Numbered from the stretch's first letter, positions 1-9,942 are shown. The stretch: DNA of 32,000 nucleotides from Wolbachia endosymbiont of Litomosoides sigmodontis (GCF_013365435.1 NZ_CP046577.1:30001-62000); one strand, 5' to 3'. Program-made: numbers and translations. The notes: generated by a model from the sequence alone, not told the origin.

Positions 1-1718
1 ATAAACAATCTAAGGATAATTTTGGCACGGCAAATTTCGTACGGTACTTAGACAAGAATAAAACGCATGTTACCAAAATTGTCAGCATGAAAGGTGATGT
101 AACTGATCTTGGTATCAGCATGGAAATATCAATGGAGTGGAATGACTCTTACTACGAGCATATGTTATGCTTTACAAATAATATAAGACAACGGGATGGT
201 GGTACTCATTTGGCAGGGTTTAGGTCTGCATTAACAAGATGTATCAATAACTATGCGACTGATGAAGGATTTTTAAAGAAAGCAAAAATTAGCTTGACTG
301 GAGAAGATGTTAGAGAAGGTTTAACTTGTGTTTTGTCTCTCAAAATGCCTGATCCTAAGTTTTCTTCACAGACAAAAGACAAGTTAGTTAGTTCTGAAGC
401 GCGCACAGTTGTGGAGAGCATAGTTTCTGATAAATTGAGTACAATACTTGAGACTGATCCAAAGTTGGCAGCGAGCATAGTAGAAAGAGTAATCAGGTCA
501 GCTAAAGGAAGAGAAGCTGCAAGAAAAGCACGGGAGCTGGTTAAAAATAAAAACAGTATTGATATTTCTACATTACCTGGAAAGCTTGCTGATTGTCAGG
601 AAAAAGTTCCTGAATTATCGGAATTATTTATAGTAGAGGGTAATTCTGCAGGTGGTACTGCGAAGCAGGGGCGTAATCGTAAAACACAAGCAGTACTTGC
701 TTTAAGGGGGAAAATTTTAAACGTGGAACGTGTAAGTTTGGATCGTATTTTTTCATCTGCAGAAATAGGTTCTTTAATTACTGCAATTGGTGCGGGAATA
801 GGAAGTGAACACTTTGATATTGAGAAAACTAGATATCACAAAATCATCATTATGACAGATGCAGACGTTGATGGTTCACATATAAGAACTTTGATTTTAA
901 CTTTCTTTTTCCGGTATATGCGTGAAGTGATTGAAAGGGGCTATTTATATATAGCGCAGCCACCTCTTTATAAAGTTACGAAAAATGCTCAAGATACTTA
1001 TATTAAAGATGACGAGACTTTTGAGGAGTATATAGTTAACTCGGCAATCAAAAAGTTAACATTAAGCAATACAAACAAGGATTTGCGCTTTATCTTAAGC
1101 AAATGCCTTAATATTTCGAATATTAGTAAAAATTATGCTAGGGAAATACCACAAAATCTGTTGGAGTCGCTACTAGTTTTAAGTAAAAAGAATGCTCTAT
1201 CATCTGCTAATGAGGTGTTGAAATATTTAAGGTTAATGTATAGTGAATATACTTGGGAAGTAGAGGTGAAAAATGAAGAAGGAGAAGTTCACATTTCTAA
1301 ATTATTTCAAGGATTAGCAGATAAATATGTATTTCCACTTAACATGCTTGATAGCAAAGAAATACGAAATATATTAAGCTTTCTTGATGATGTAATTGAC
1401 TTATTTAATGGTGATTCATTTTTGAAGTCGCAAGAAACTGAAATAAAAATAAAATCTCCTAGTGCACTTGCAAAAATAGTGATGGACTATGGTAAAAAAG
1501 GTTTAACTCTGCAGAGGTTTAAAGGTCTTGGTGAAATGAATGCTGATCAACTATGGGATACTACGCTCAACCCAGAAACCAGGACTTTATTAAGAGTTGA
1601 AATAAAAGATTGTGAAGAGGCTAATTCTATATTCTCAGTGCTGATGGGTGATATAGTTGAACCACGCCGTAATTTTATCAATAATAATGCACTTAATGTA
1701 CATGATGTTGATATTTAA
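1..1718 (+). CDS. gyrB: DNA gyrase subunit B, C-terminal ~570 codons; the 5' end lies outside the window
   Basis: The frame of the tracked ORF stays open back to the window edge (KQSKDNFGTANFVRYLDKNKTHVTKIVS precedes the Met at 87). Colinear with E. coli GyrB: CFTNNIRQRDGGTHLAGFR, Toprim motifs EGNSAGG and MTDADVDGSHI, PPLYK, GLGEMN, and the tail GDIVEPRRNFI. Confidence 0.95.
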   Translation, partial: KQSKDNFGTANFVRYLDKNKTHVTKIVSMKGDVTDLGISMEISMEWNDSYYEHMLCFTNNIRQRDGGTHLAGFRSALTRCINNYATDEGFLKKAKISLTGEDVREGLTCVLSLKMPDPKFSSQTKDKLVSSEARTVVESIVSDKLSTILETDPKLAASIVERVIRSAKGREAARKARELVKNKNSIDISTLPGKLADCQEKVPELSELFIVEGNSAGGTAKQGRNRKTQAVLALRGKILNVERVSLDRIFSSAEIGSLITAIGAGIGSEHFDIEKTRYHKIIIMTDADVDGSHIRTLILTFFFRYMREVIERGYLYIAQPPLYKVTKNAQDTYIKDDETFEEYIVNSAIKKLTLSNTNKDLRFILSKCLNISNISKNYAREIPQNLLESLLVLSKKNALSSANEVLKYLRLMYSEYTWEVEVKNEEGEVHISKLFQGLADKYVFPLNMLDSKEIRNILSFLDDVIDLFNGDSFLKSQETEIKIKSPSALAKIVMDYGKKGLTLQRFKGLGEMNADQLWDTTLNPETRTLLRVEIKDCEEANSIFSVLMGDIVEPRRNFINNNALNVHDVDI

Positions 1719-1869
1719 GTTTGGGCTTGCTAAAAATAAAGCAGCCTGTAGCTTAACGTTTAGATTCAAGTGTTGTGTGTAACTGTACGATCATTTTGAT
1801 TTGATAAATCAGGGGTTCAAGTAGCTTATAGAAATGTAAAAAATTACTTGACGCCCTTTGCCGGCTTTC

Positions 1870-2910
1870 TTAAATATTAATTCTCATTATTAATGGGCAA
1901 ATAAGTGCATTGCAGAGTTATTTAATTGCGGGGTAAAAAAAGGTAATAAATTTACACAAAGCGTTCTTAAATAGAGCAGTTATATTACAAATTTTATTAT
2001 GTAAAATGTTCTGTTTTATATACAACTAAAGTTGCTCAATAGGATTAAGCTCTTGTGAGTATAGTGGTAGGTATATAATCTCGATATTTTAAAGTACCTT
2101 TAAATTTTTTGACTTATGCTATTACTATAATCGATAATAAAAAGGGCTTATCGTATTCTTAAATATTGTAACATTTGTTTAAGAAATATATTCATATAAT
2201 TAGTGTTGACATTCTGTGCAAATAAGCTAGAGCTATCTCCATTTTTAGGATTGACTACGACTGCAGAGGTGTAAATTTTATTTACCTAATTTTACTTTTA
2301 CCATGTTTTAACGCCTTTTTAAACACCTATATCCCACTTTCGAATGTGTGCCAAATCACGATTGATCAAAGATGAATAACTCTTGTTTAGAATATTTGCC
2401 AATAGCCTTGTTAAGTTTTTTTTAAGTCTTCTTGTACATCTTTACCTTATTCATTATGAATTGACCTTGGCATAGTATATGAAAACTTCATGTTTTGCAT
2501 ATTACAGTATATTGTGGACTTGCTGACATTTAAGCCAAATTTTTCCTAGATTCTTATTCTCGTTTCTTTAATGTTGATATTGTGGTTTTCTTATATCCAT
2601 ACTTCAACTTGTTCAAATTGACTCTATAATGTAATCTAGTTTTTTCACGAAGTTGATAGGAAGTAGATAATTTTTCTTCTCTTCCAAGTTTTAGTGCTTT
2701 ATCTATGTAATTAATGCTGTTCTTGAAATGTAGTATTTTTGCTACAGCTGTTATACTTGTTTTTTTGCTGCAATTACAGCATTTAGTTCTTTTGCTGATT
2801 CTACGACTTTTTCATCAATAGTTTTGATTTTAATGCCATTTAAACCTTGTTGTTTTACTATACTTTAATGTAGCTGCTTTTCATTATTGCTATTTATTCT
2901 TTTCATGTAA
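1870..2910 (-). mobile_element. Degenerate IS630-family (Tc1/mariner-like, DDE_3) insertion sequence remnant, copy 1. The transposase frame is destroyed by stops and frameshifts.
   Basis: Homologous along its length to the segments at 11175-12265, 14799-15867 and 22680-23763. Minus-strand translation from ~2379 gives FIFDQS*FGTHSKVGYRCLKRR*NMVKVKLGK, which resembles the region around the first catalytic Asp of IS630 transposases. No ORF of 60 codons or more in the sense frame. Ends are approximate. Confidence 0.7.
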
Positions 2911-3118
2911 GACTTAATATAATTACTCACATGATACAACTGCTGCCTGCTAATTACAATATTAGTAAAGATTTGTGCTGGAAAATAATTTAATGCATGT
3001 TAATCATAAATCTATTTCAATTGGTCTAAATGTTTTAGATGTGCTAATCATTTCTTACCATAAATGTATAGATCTTTTACCTTATTATTGTTATAATTAA
3101 TATCTTACTAAAAATTAA

Positions 3119-4594
3119 ATGTTAATGAATGAATTAAGGAAGTTAAGCATTGCTCAGATGCATAATGGGCTTAAACAAAGAGATTTTTCTGCTGTTGAGC
3201 TTGTTGAAGTGCATATCAACGCAGTAGAAAATGAGAAATTAAATGCATTTATAACGAAAACTCCGGAAATAGCAATAAAAACTGCAAAAGCTATAGATGA
3301 GTATTTTTCTCAACAAAAGAGTGGTATAATCTCGCCGCTTATGGGTATACCAGTTGGTATTAAAGATTTGTTTTGTACGAAAGGGGTAAAGACGACAGCA
3401 TGTTCGAAAATGCTAGAAAATTTCGTTCCAACTTATGAATCCACGGTATCTGACTTGCTTTTAAAAAGTGGAGCAGCCATGCTGGGTAAACTTAACATGG
3501 ATGAATTTGCTATGGGCTCTGCAAACGCGAATAGCTATTTTGGTCCTGTTGAAAATGTATGGACTAGAGAAAGTGATGGAGGAAAGGTTGTACCTGGTGG
3601 ATCATCTGGTGGGTCTGCAGCATCAGTTGCTGGATTCTTATGTGCTGGAGCACTAGGAAGTGATACTGGAGGATCTGTACGTCAACCAGCGGCTTATTGT
3701 GGAGTAGTTGGAGCAAAACCAACTTATGGAAGATGCTCGCGTTTTGGTATGATTGCATTTGCAAGTTCTCTAGACCAAGCAGGGGTCATTACTCGTTCAG
3801 TTTCCGATTCAGCACTAATGTTGGAAGTTATTTGTGGTTATGATAACAAAGACTCAACATCGAGTAAAAGATCAGTACCTAGATTTTCTAGTTTTATGAA
3901 TGGTAATATCAAAGGTAAGCGCATTGGTATACCAAAGGAATATAAAATGGATGGAATTTCAAAAGAAATCATCTATCATTGGGAAAAAGTTTCTTCTGAT
4001 TTAAAAGGAAGTGGTGCTGAAGTTGTTGAGATTACCTTGCCTCATACTAAATATGCAATACCAGTATATTATTTAATTTGCTCTGCTGAAGCTTCATCTA
4101 ATCTTGCTCGTTATGATGGTGTACGCTATGGACTCAGGGTTGATGCTGACATCCTTGAAGAAATGTATTCATTAACGAGAGCTGAGGGTTTTGGAAAAGA
4201 GGTAAAAAGAAGAATATTAATTGGCGCTTACGCGCTCTCTTCTGGTCACTACAACGAATACTATGAAAAAGCACAGTGTATTAGGGCATTAATTAGAAAT
4301 GATTTTATAAAAGCGTTTGAAAAAATAGATTATATACTTGTTCCATCTGCTCCAACAGAAGCTTTTGGCTTGAATGAAAAACCAGACCCGTTAATTATGT
4401 GCATTAATGATGTCTTTACTGTGCCAGCAAGTTTGGCTGGTCTACCTGCTATCTCTGTTCCTGTTGGGCTTTCCAATGAGGGTTTACCACTTGCTTTACA
4501 AGTAATCGGAAACTATTATGATGAGGTTGGAATGTTAAATATGGCAAGTGTGATAGAGCAAAATTGCGGTAGGGTAATCGAATTGCATAGCTAG
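3119..4594 (+). CDS. gatA: Glutamyl-tRNA(Gln) amidotransferase subunit A
   Basis: 491-aa ORF with the amidase signature GGSSGGSAA and GSDTGGSVRQPAA; full-length colinearity with GatA. Confidence 0.93.
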   Translation: MLMNELRKLSIAQMHNGLKQRDFSAVELVEVHINAVENEKLNAFITKTPEIAIKTAKAIDEYFSQQKSGIISPLMGIPVGIKDLFCTKGVKTTACSKMLENFVPTYESTVSDLLLKSGAAMLGKLNMDEFAMGSANANSYFGPVENVWTRESDGGKVVPGGSSGGSAASVAGFLCAGALGSDTGGSVRQPAAYCGVVGAKPTYGRCSRFGMIAFASSLDQAGVITRSVSDSALMLEVICGYDNKDSTSSKRSVPRFSSFMNGNIKGKRIGIPKEYKMDGISKEIIYHWEKVSSDLKGSGAEVVEITLPHTKYAIPVYYLICSAEASSNLARYDGVRYGLRVDADILEEMYSLTRAEGFGKEVKRRILIGAYALSSGHYNEYYEKAQCIRALIRNDFIKAFEKIDYILVPSAPTEAFGLNEKPDPLIMCINDVFTVPASLAGLPAISVPVGLSNEGLPLALQVIGNYYDEVGMLNMASVIEQNCGRVIELHS

Positions 4595-4658
4595 TTTAGT
4601 ATAAAATTTCCTAACAAATAGCTAAACATTCTAATACTGAGTGCTTAAGTTTCTAATC

Positions 4659-5588
4659 TTAAAGAGGAACAAGTTTAGCAAAAAATAGTGATATTATTAG
4701 TGGAGCGTAGAATAATCCTACCGTAATACTAATTAGCAGTAATAAAGTAGCTTTATCTGGTTGAAAGTTTAGAACATTAGCCAGCATTATGCTGGACCCA
4801 GAAGCTGGAATAACGGCTAGCAACATTAATGCTTTATATATATTTTCATCATATATACCTGTAAAATGTTTATCTAAAAGGACGATTCCTAAGACAAATA
4901 GTGGCCAGAGTATGTATTTTGCTGTAATAGTGATTAAAGCAAGTTTCCAATCTACTTTAAAGCTTGTAATTTTTGCAATACTTACTCCAAGTAGCATCAT
5001 TCCCAGCATAGCAAATGTACCTTTAACGTTTACCATAACATCCATTAAAAAGTTAGGTATTTGTATGCCTGATATACTTAACAGAAAGCCTAAGATCATC
5101 GCATAGGATGAAGGAATTTTAAACAGCTTTAGCATACACTCTTTTGCAGTATAAATACCATTTGCAGCTATATAGAATCCTAAACTATTTTCAAATAATG
5201 CCATTCCTATATAACAGACAACGTATACAGATACTGAGTCCTCATCAAATAAAGCCATGGCAATTGGCAGGCCAAAATAGCCCATACTTGTGCTACCTGA
5301 GCTAAATGCCAATATATTTCTTGTATTATCCTTAAATAAAAAGGAAGAAAAGTAGTATACTGATAAAGACATAGTACTACCTATAAACCACGTTAAAATT
5401 GGTAGAGAGATTATCTGAAAATTAACCTCTATATTAGATACTCCATATAAAGTCACTATTGGATTGGCTATATAAAAAAGTATTTGAGATATAGTATTTC
5501 TATCAATCTTGAGATATTTCCCAGCCAAATAACCAATAAGTATTGTAATATAAATAGGTAATATTTTGAGAAAAAGAGTAAAGAACAT
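4659..5588 (-). CDS. AEC-family (auxin efflux carrier / Mem_trans) permease
   Basis: 309-aa polytopic membrane protein. The N-terminus ILPIYITILIGYLAGKYLKIDRNTISQILFYIANP is typical of the AEC family. Substrate unknown. Confidence 0.7.
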   Translation of the reverse strand: MFFTLFLKILPIYITILIGYLAGKYLKIDRNTISQILFYIANPIVTLYGVSNIEVNFQIISLPILTWFIGSTMSLSVYYFSSFLFKDNTRNILAFSSGSTSMGYFGLPIAMALFDEDSVSVYVVCYIGMALFENSLGFYIAANGIYTAKECMLKLFKIPSSYAMILGFLLSISGIQIPNFLMDVMVNVKGTFAMLGMMLLGVSIAKITSFKVDWKLALITITAKYILWPLFVLGIVLLDKHFTGIYDENIYKALMLLAVIPASGSSIMLANVLNFQPDKATLLLLISITVGLFYAPLIISLFFAKLVPL

Positions 5589-5860
5589 ATTAGCCTAAGT
5601 TGCAATCTTTCTGATACTTCTGACTGATAAAGTGACATTAGATCTTAAGATATTGTAAAAGTAAATAAAATTTATCTTCCAGGTTAACCAATTTATAATT
5701 AATTAAAAGAGATTCATTCAGTGCTAAAATTTGCTTTTGCACAGGACTTAAGAGTGATATTTTTGTGGTGAAATTATGTTAAGTTTTTATAGAGCTTCTT
5801 GTATATTCATTAATAATGATAAGTTTGCTAGAAATTAAAGCTTTATAGCAGGTTTGTACA

Positions 5861-6772
5861 TTGAGCTTTTTGCAAGCTGTTATTACTAAAATGATTATAG
5901 TAGTTAATATTTTACAAGGCGGTTTTAGAAATGGGGTTACACTTACAAATGTAATTTTACATTACTACGTTTTTAATTTATATATTATAATAAAATTATT
6001 TATCAGAGAAACAAAGTTAGAAAAATTGGAAAAACTGAGAAAAAACCTGGTAGTAAGAATAGTGAGATTTTTATTTTCATTGTTTTTCTTACTACTGATT
6101 GCAGTGTCAATACGTAGTTTTTTATTTGAGCCATTTCATATACCTTCTGGTTCAATGAAAAGTACTCTGCTTGAGGGAGATTATATCTTTACTAGTAAAT
6201 ATTCATATGGTTATAGTAAATATTCTTTTCCGTTTTCTCCAAACATCTTTGGTGGCAGGATTTTTTATACTCCTCCAAAACGTGGTGATGTAATAGTTTT
6301 TAAGCCTATACGAAACGATAGTATCAGCTTTGTTAAGCGAGTAATAGGAATACCGGGAGACAAAGTACAAGTGATAGAGGGAGAATTATATTTAAATGAT
6401 CAAAAAGTGGAACGGAAGCAAATTGAAAGTTTTTTTGATTATGAGTCAAGCCATAACATACCAAGGTATATAGAAATACTTCCTAGTGGCAAGGAACATG
6501 AGATCTTGGTAGATAACGTTTCTAATAAGCTATCATATGATACTCCGATTTATTATGTGCCTAATAATAGATTTTTTGTTATGGGGGACAATAGAAATAA
6601 TTCTTTGGATAGTAGATTTCCTGAAGTTGGTTTTGTACCAATGGAAAACATAATTGGGCGTGTGAGCATGGTTGGTTTATCGTTTAAATTAGGAAAGGTA
6701 GATTGGTTGCCTTTTAATTTTAGAATACCTATTGCCTTGAGATTAGACAGGATATTGCACAAGGTTGCATAG
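5861..6772 (+). CDS. lepB: Signal peptidase I; the true start is probably downstream of the ORF-track start
   Basis: Catalytic Ser box PSGSMKSTL and Lys box VKRVIGIPGD, plus GDNRNNSLDSR. The first ~55 codons of the tracked ORF have no LepB counterpart. In-frame ATG at 5891 and TTG at 6026 (MEKLRKNLVV..., ~249 aa) are more plausible starts. Confidence 0.85.
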   Translation: MSFLQAVITKMIIVVNILQGGFRNGVTLTNVILHYYVFNLYIIIKLFIRETKLEKLEKLRKNLVVRIVRFLFSLFFLLLIAVSIRSFLFEPFHIPSGSMKSTLLEGDYIFTSKYSYGYSKYSFPFSPNIFGGRIFYTPPKRGDVIVFKPIRNDSISFVKRVIGIPGDKVQVIEGELYLNDQKVERKQIESFFDYESSHNIPRYIEILPSGKEHEILVDNVSNKLSYDTPIYYVPNNRFFVMGDNRNNSLDSRFPEVGFVPMENIIGRVSMVGLSFKLGKVDWLPFNFRIPIALRLDRILHKVA

Positions 6773-6777
6773 CAGCT

Positions 6778-8535
6778 CTACTTATTTATTGACTTGCATA
6801 ATTCTAAAAAGGAATTTTCTAGCTTAGTAATAGCATTGTTAATTTTATTCAAGTCCTTTCCTTGTAAGGCGTCTTTTACATTTTGTAACAGATTTTTCAG
6901 CTTTTTATCAGTGGAGAAATTATTATCTCCTTCAACTAAATGTATGAGCTTATTTCCATTAATTTTAGCTTCTACAAGAGAACAAGCTTTCATATCTTCA
7001 TCAAAGTTGTTTATTGACTGGTTAACCATGTCTTGAATATCGGCTTCACTTAAGCCAAAACTTGAATTTATTTCAACTATCTGCTCAATTCCAGTAGTTT
7101 TTTCTTTTGCAGTAACAGTTAATATTCCGTCAACATTAACTGTAAATTCTATTTCAACTCTTGCAGAACCTGCAGGCAGCTGCGGTATACCTTTTAGTTC
7201 AAACTGCGCTAGAGATTTGTTACCCTCTATAATTTCACGTTCTCCCTGACAAACGTGAATTTTCATTGCTGTCTGTCCATCAATGTAGGTTGTAAACTCT
7301 CTTATTTCTGAAGCTGGTAGTGGTGTATTTCTTGGTATGATTTTTTCAACTATCCCTCCCATAGTTTCTATGCCAAGTGATAAAGGTAAAACATCCAGAA
7401 GAACGTTTCTATCTTTTGAATTTGAAGTAAAATAATGAGCCTGCAAAGCTGCTCCAATAACAACTGCTTTATCTGGATCTACATCATTTAACACTTTATT
7501 ACCAAAAAGTTTGACTAGTGAACTTTGAATTAGTGGTACTCTGGTTGCACCTCCGACTAAAATTACTCCTTTTATATCGTTAATTTTAAGATCTATACTA
7601 CTTATAGTATGAGTGACTATATTGATAGTCTTATTAACTAAAGAACTAATCGCCTGCTCAAATTCTTCTTTAGTGATTTCGCATTTAAACAATTCACCAT
7701 TAATGTTAAACTCAAAAGTGCTAGAAATGTTTTCGCTCAGGTACTCCTTTATAGATCGTGATTTTGCAAGTAAATCCTCAGGAGAACATGGATCTTTATT
7801 TACTTTCTTTCTATATTTATCTAATATAATCATACTTAGAAGGTAATCAAAATCGTCACCACCGAGTTTGGTGTCACCACCGACCGCGAGAACTTGAAAT
7901 ACTCCTTGGTGTAATTTCAATATCGAAATATCAAATGTTCCACCACCAAGGTCGTAAACTGCATATATTCCACTGTTATTATTCTTTGCAATAGAATAAG
8001 AAAGTGCTGCTGCGGTTGGCTCATTAATGAGGCGAAGAATCTCTATGCCAGCTAATTTTGCTGCATATTTTGTTGCATTACGCGCTGAATCATCAAAGTA
8101 AGCTGGAACAGTAGTCACCGCTTTTCTCACTTCCATCCCTGTAGACTTTTTTACTCTCTCACATAAAGCTTTTAATATCTCAGCAGAAATTTCAACAGGA
8201 GTAAGATATTTGTTTTCAGAGCATTTCACTCTAATAATTTTGGCACTTTCATTGTCTATTTCAAGATAGATACCTTCTTTGCTCAAGTCTTCAACACTTT
8301 TGCCCATTAGGCGTTTTATGGAGTAGATAGCGTTTCGACCAACGTCGTAGCCAATTTTCAATGTGTCATTTTCATATGAAATAACAGAGGGCAATAGCTC
8401 TCTTCCCTGCTCATCTTTAAATATTTCCACATCACCAGCTTTATTTACTACGGCAATTAAAGAGTTGGTAGTGCCAAGGTCTATACCAAAAACTACTTCA
8501 TTTACATTTGGTTCAGAAATTTGAATTGGTCGCAT
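6778..8535 (-). CDS. hscA: Fe-S cluster assembly chaperone HscA (Hsp70 family)
   Basis: 585 aa with Hsp70 ATPase motifs GIDLGTTNS, DLGGGTFD and VGGATR. Lies downstream of iscU-iscA-hscB on the same strand. Confidence 0.9.
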   Translation of the reverse strand: MRPIQISEPNVNEVVFGIDLGTTNSLIAVVNKAGDVEIFKDEQGRELLPSVISYENDTLKIGYDVGRNAIYSIKRLMGKSVEDLSKEGIYLEIDNESAKIIRVKCSENKYLTPVEISAEILKALCERVKKSTGMEVRKAVTTVPAYFDDSARNATKYAAKLAGIEILRLINEPTAAALSYSIAKNNNSGIYAVYDLGGGTFDISILKLHQGVFQVLAVGGDTKLGGDDFDYLLSMIILDKYRKKVNKDPCSPEDLLAKSRSIKEYLSENISSTFEFNINGELFKCEITKEEFEQAISSLVNKTINIVTHTISSIDLKINDIKGVILVGGATRVPLIQSSLVKLFGNKVLNDVDPDKAVVIGAALQAHYFTSNSKDRNVLLDVLPLSLGIETMGGIVEKIIPRNTPLPASEIREFTTYIDGQTAMKIHVCQGEREIIEGNKSLAQFELKGIPQLPAGSARVEIEFTVNVDGILTVTAKEKTTGIEQIVEINSSFGLSEADIQDMVNQSINNFDEDMKACSLVEAKINGNKLIHLVEGDNNFSTDKKLKNLLQNVKDALQGKDLNKINNAITKLENSFLELCKSINK

Positions 8536-8968
8536 TTTTTACCTCTTCAAATGACTTATATAAGTATTTCAATCTTAAAACTTGCATTGCAGCTTCATCA
8601 AAATTTTTTGCAGCAAAATTGTTAGTTAGGTTTTCAATGCAACCTTTTATTTTTTTATCAATTATGCCACTTGCAAATTTTAAATTGTTGCAATTCAGTA
8701 AGCATTCTCTTATTTTCATTGATTCATTTAATATCTCAAAGTCATGTTGATCTTTTTGGCTTCTTACACCAAAAAGATTCAGCAAATGCTCCGCCCGTTT
8801 TAGAGGTGACTTTAGTATTTGATAGGCTTTATTGATGTTTTTCATGTTTTTAGACTGTCTTTCATTTATATCAATTTTGCTTAGCTCAATATATTTTCTC
8901 TCTAATTCATTAGAATTAATGTTGAAAGTTGGCTCAATTTTAAATAATGCAAAATAATTGCTAGACAT
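8513..8968 (-). CDS. hscB: Fe-S cluster co-chaperone HscB (J-type) with an atypical J domain
   Basis: MSSNYFALFKIEPTFNI... and INKAYQILKSPLKRAEHLL align with E. coli HscB helices I and III. I place the start at the ATG at 8968, which overlaps the iscA stop by 8 nt (ATGTCTAG), not at the longer tracked ORF start at 9004. The 3' end overlaps the hscA start by 23 nt. Confidence 0.8.
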   Translation of the reverse strand: MSSNYFALFKIEPTFNINSNELERKYIELSKIDINERQSKNMKNINKAYQILKSPLKRAEHLLNLFGVRSQKDQHDFEILNESMKIRECLLNCNNLKFASGIIDKKIKGCIENLTNNFAAKNFDEAAMQVLRLKYLYKSFEEVKNATNSNF

Positions 8969-9365
8969 GAAAACTCTCTCCACAACCACATTTTCCTTTC
9001 TCATTAGGATTTTTAAAAACGAAACCAGATGAGAATTTTTCCTCTATATAATCCATTTCAGAGCCGATGATAAACATGACAGATTTTGGGTCGATCAACA
9101 CTTTAATTTTTTGACCGTCACTGCAGCTTTCTTCAATCACTGCCTCTAAAGGGCGTCTATCATACGCGTATTCAATATCGTATTTTAATCCAGAACATCC
9201 TTTTTGCTTAATTAGGACTCTTATTCCTATTGCTTCTTCTGATTTTCCAAGGCTAGTCAGCTGTTTCTGATCTAGTAAGTGTCTTATCCTCTTTACTGCA
9301 TTTACAGTTATGGTAATAGGTTTACTGTCTTTCTTTACAGCATTTATTTCTTGATATCTACTCAT
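8961..9365 (-). CDS. iscA: Iron-sulfur cluster assembly accessory protein (IscA/HesB A-type carrier)
   Basis: 134 aa with conserved cysteines in KQKGCSGLKY and the C-terminal GKCGCGESF. Confidence 0.88.
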   Translation of the reverse strand: MSRYQEINAVKKDSKPITITVNAVKRIRHLLDQKQLTSLGKSEEAIGIRVLIKQKGCSGLKYDIEYAYDRRPLEAVIEESCSDGQKIKVLIDPKSVMFIIGSEMDYIEEKFSSGFVFKNPNEKGKCGCGESFHV

Positions 9366-9371
9366 AACTTT

Positions 9372-9764
9372 TTAGCTTTTATTTTTGCTATGTTTACTTT
9401 GATAGTTATGAATGGCGGCTTTTATAGCATCTTCGGCAAGTACTGAGCAGTGTATCTTCACGGGAGGCAAAGATAACTCTTCCACTATTTGGGTATTCTT
9501 TATCTTTGTTACATCTTCAATGGTTTTGCCTTTGATCATTTCTGTTAGCAAAGAACTTGAAGCAATAGCAGAGCCACAACCAAAAGTTTTAAATTTTGCA
9601 TCTTCAATCACACCTTTGTCATTGACCTTTATTTGCAATTTCATCACATCACCACATGAAGGTGCACCAACCAAACCAGTGCCAACACTTGGGTCATTTT
9701 TGTCCAAAGAACCAACATTCCTTGGATTTTCATAATGGTCCAAAATTTTTTCATTATAACTCAT
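9372..9764 (-). CDS. iscU: Fe-S cluster scaffold protein IscU (NifU N-terminal type)
   Basis: 130 aa with GAPSCGDVM, FKTFGCGSAIASSS, the LPPVK HscA-recognition motif and KIHCSVLAEDA. Confidence 0.92.
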   Translation of the reverse strand: MSYNEKILDHYENPRNVGSLDKNDPSVGTGLVGAPSCGDVMKLQIKVNDKGVIEDAKFKTFGCGSAIASSSLLTEMIKGKTIEDVTKIKNTQIVEELSLPPVKIHCSVLAEDAIKAAIHNYQSKHSKNKS

Positions 9765-9942
9765 AAGATTACCTGTAAGTCACCATCTTGCATTATAACA
9801 TATTCAGGTGAGAAATTAAAGTGAAAATACTCGTTTTATGTATATTTTACTTTAAGAATGCACGTAAAACGTTGTATTTAACTTTACAAGTACACGTAGT
9901 GCATGTCATTCTTTATATTATTATTTTAAAAGGAGTATTCCA

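Noticed and set aside
1740-1830. tRNA-like strings (gcctgtagcttaacg..., ggggttcaagt), and a 12-mer tagcttaacgtt shared with 22637-22648
   Set aside because: No cloverleaf can be built: there is no matching acceptor stem and no T-arm complement. A single shared 12-mer is expected by chance in 32 kb of AT-rich DNA, and its distance to the IS end differs between the two sites.
1849-1877. Sigma70-like TTGACG-N17-TAAATA next to IS copy 1
   Set aside because: Such hexamer pairs are frequent by chance in AT-rich DNA. It points into a dead IS in antisense, and there is no supporting evidence.
8969-9004. Longer hscB start at 9004 (MRKENVVVERVF...), overlapping iscA by 44 nt
   Set aside because: The extension has no HscB counterpart and is the off-frame reading of the iscA C-terminus. 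The ATG at 8968 gives the canonical N-terminus and an ATGTCTAG start/stop overlap.
9765-9942. Imperfect palindromes (tgcacgta ... tacacgtagtgca) in the iscU-ftsY divergent region; a possible IscR-type operator
   Set aside because: The symmetry is poor, no iscR gene is visible, and I cannot match a defined operator consensus.
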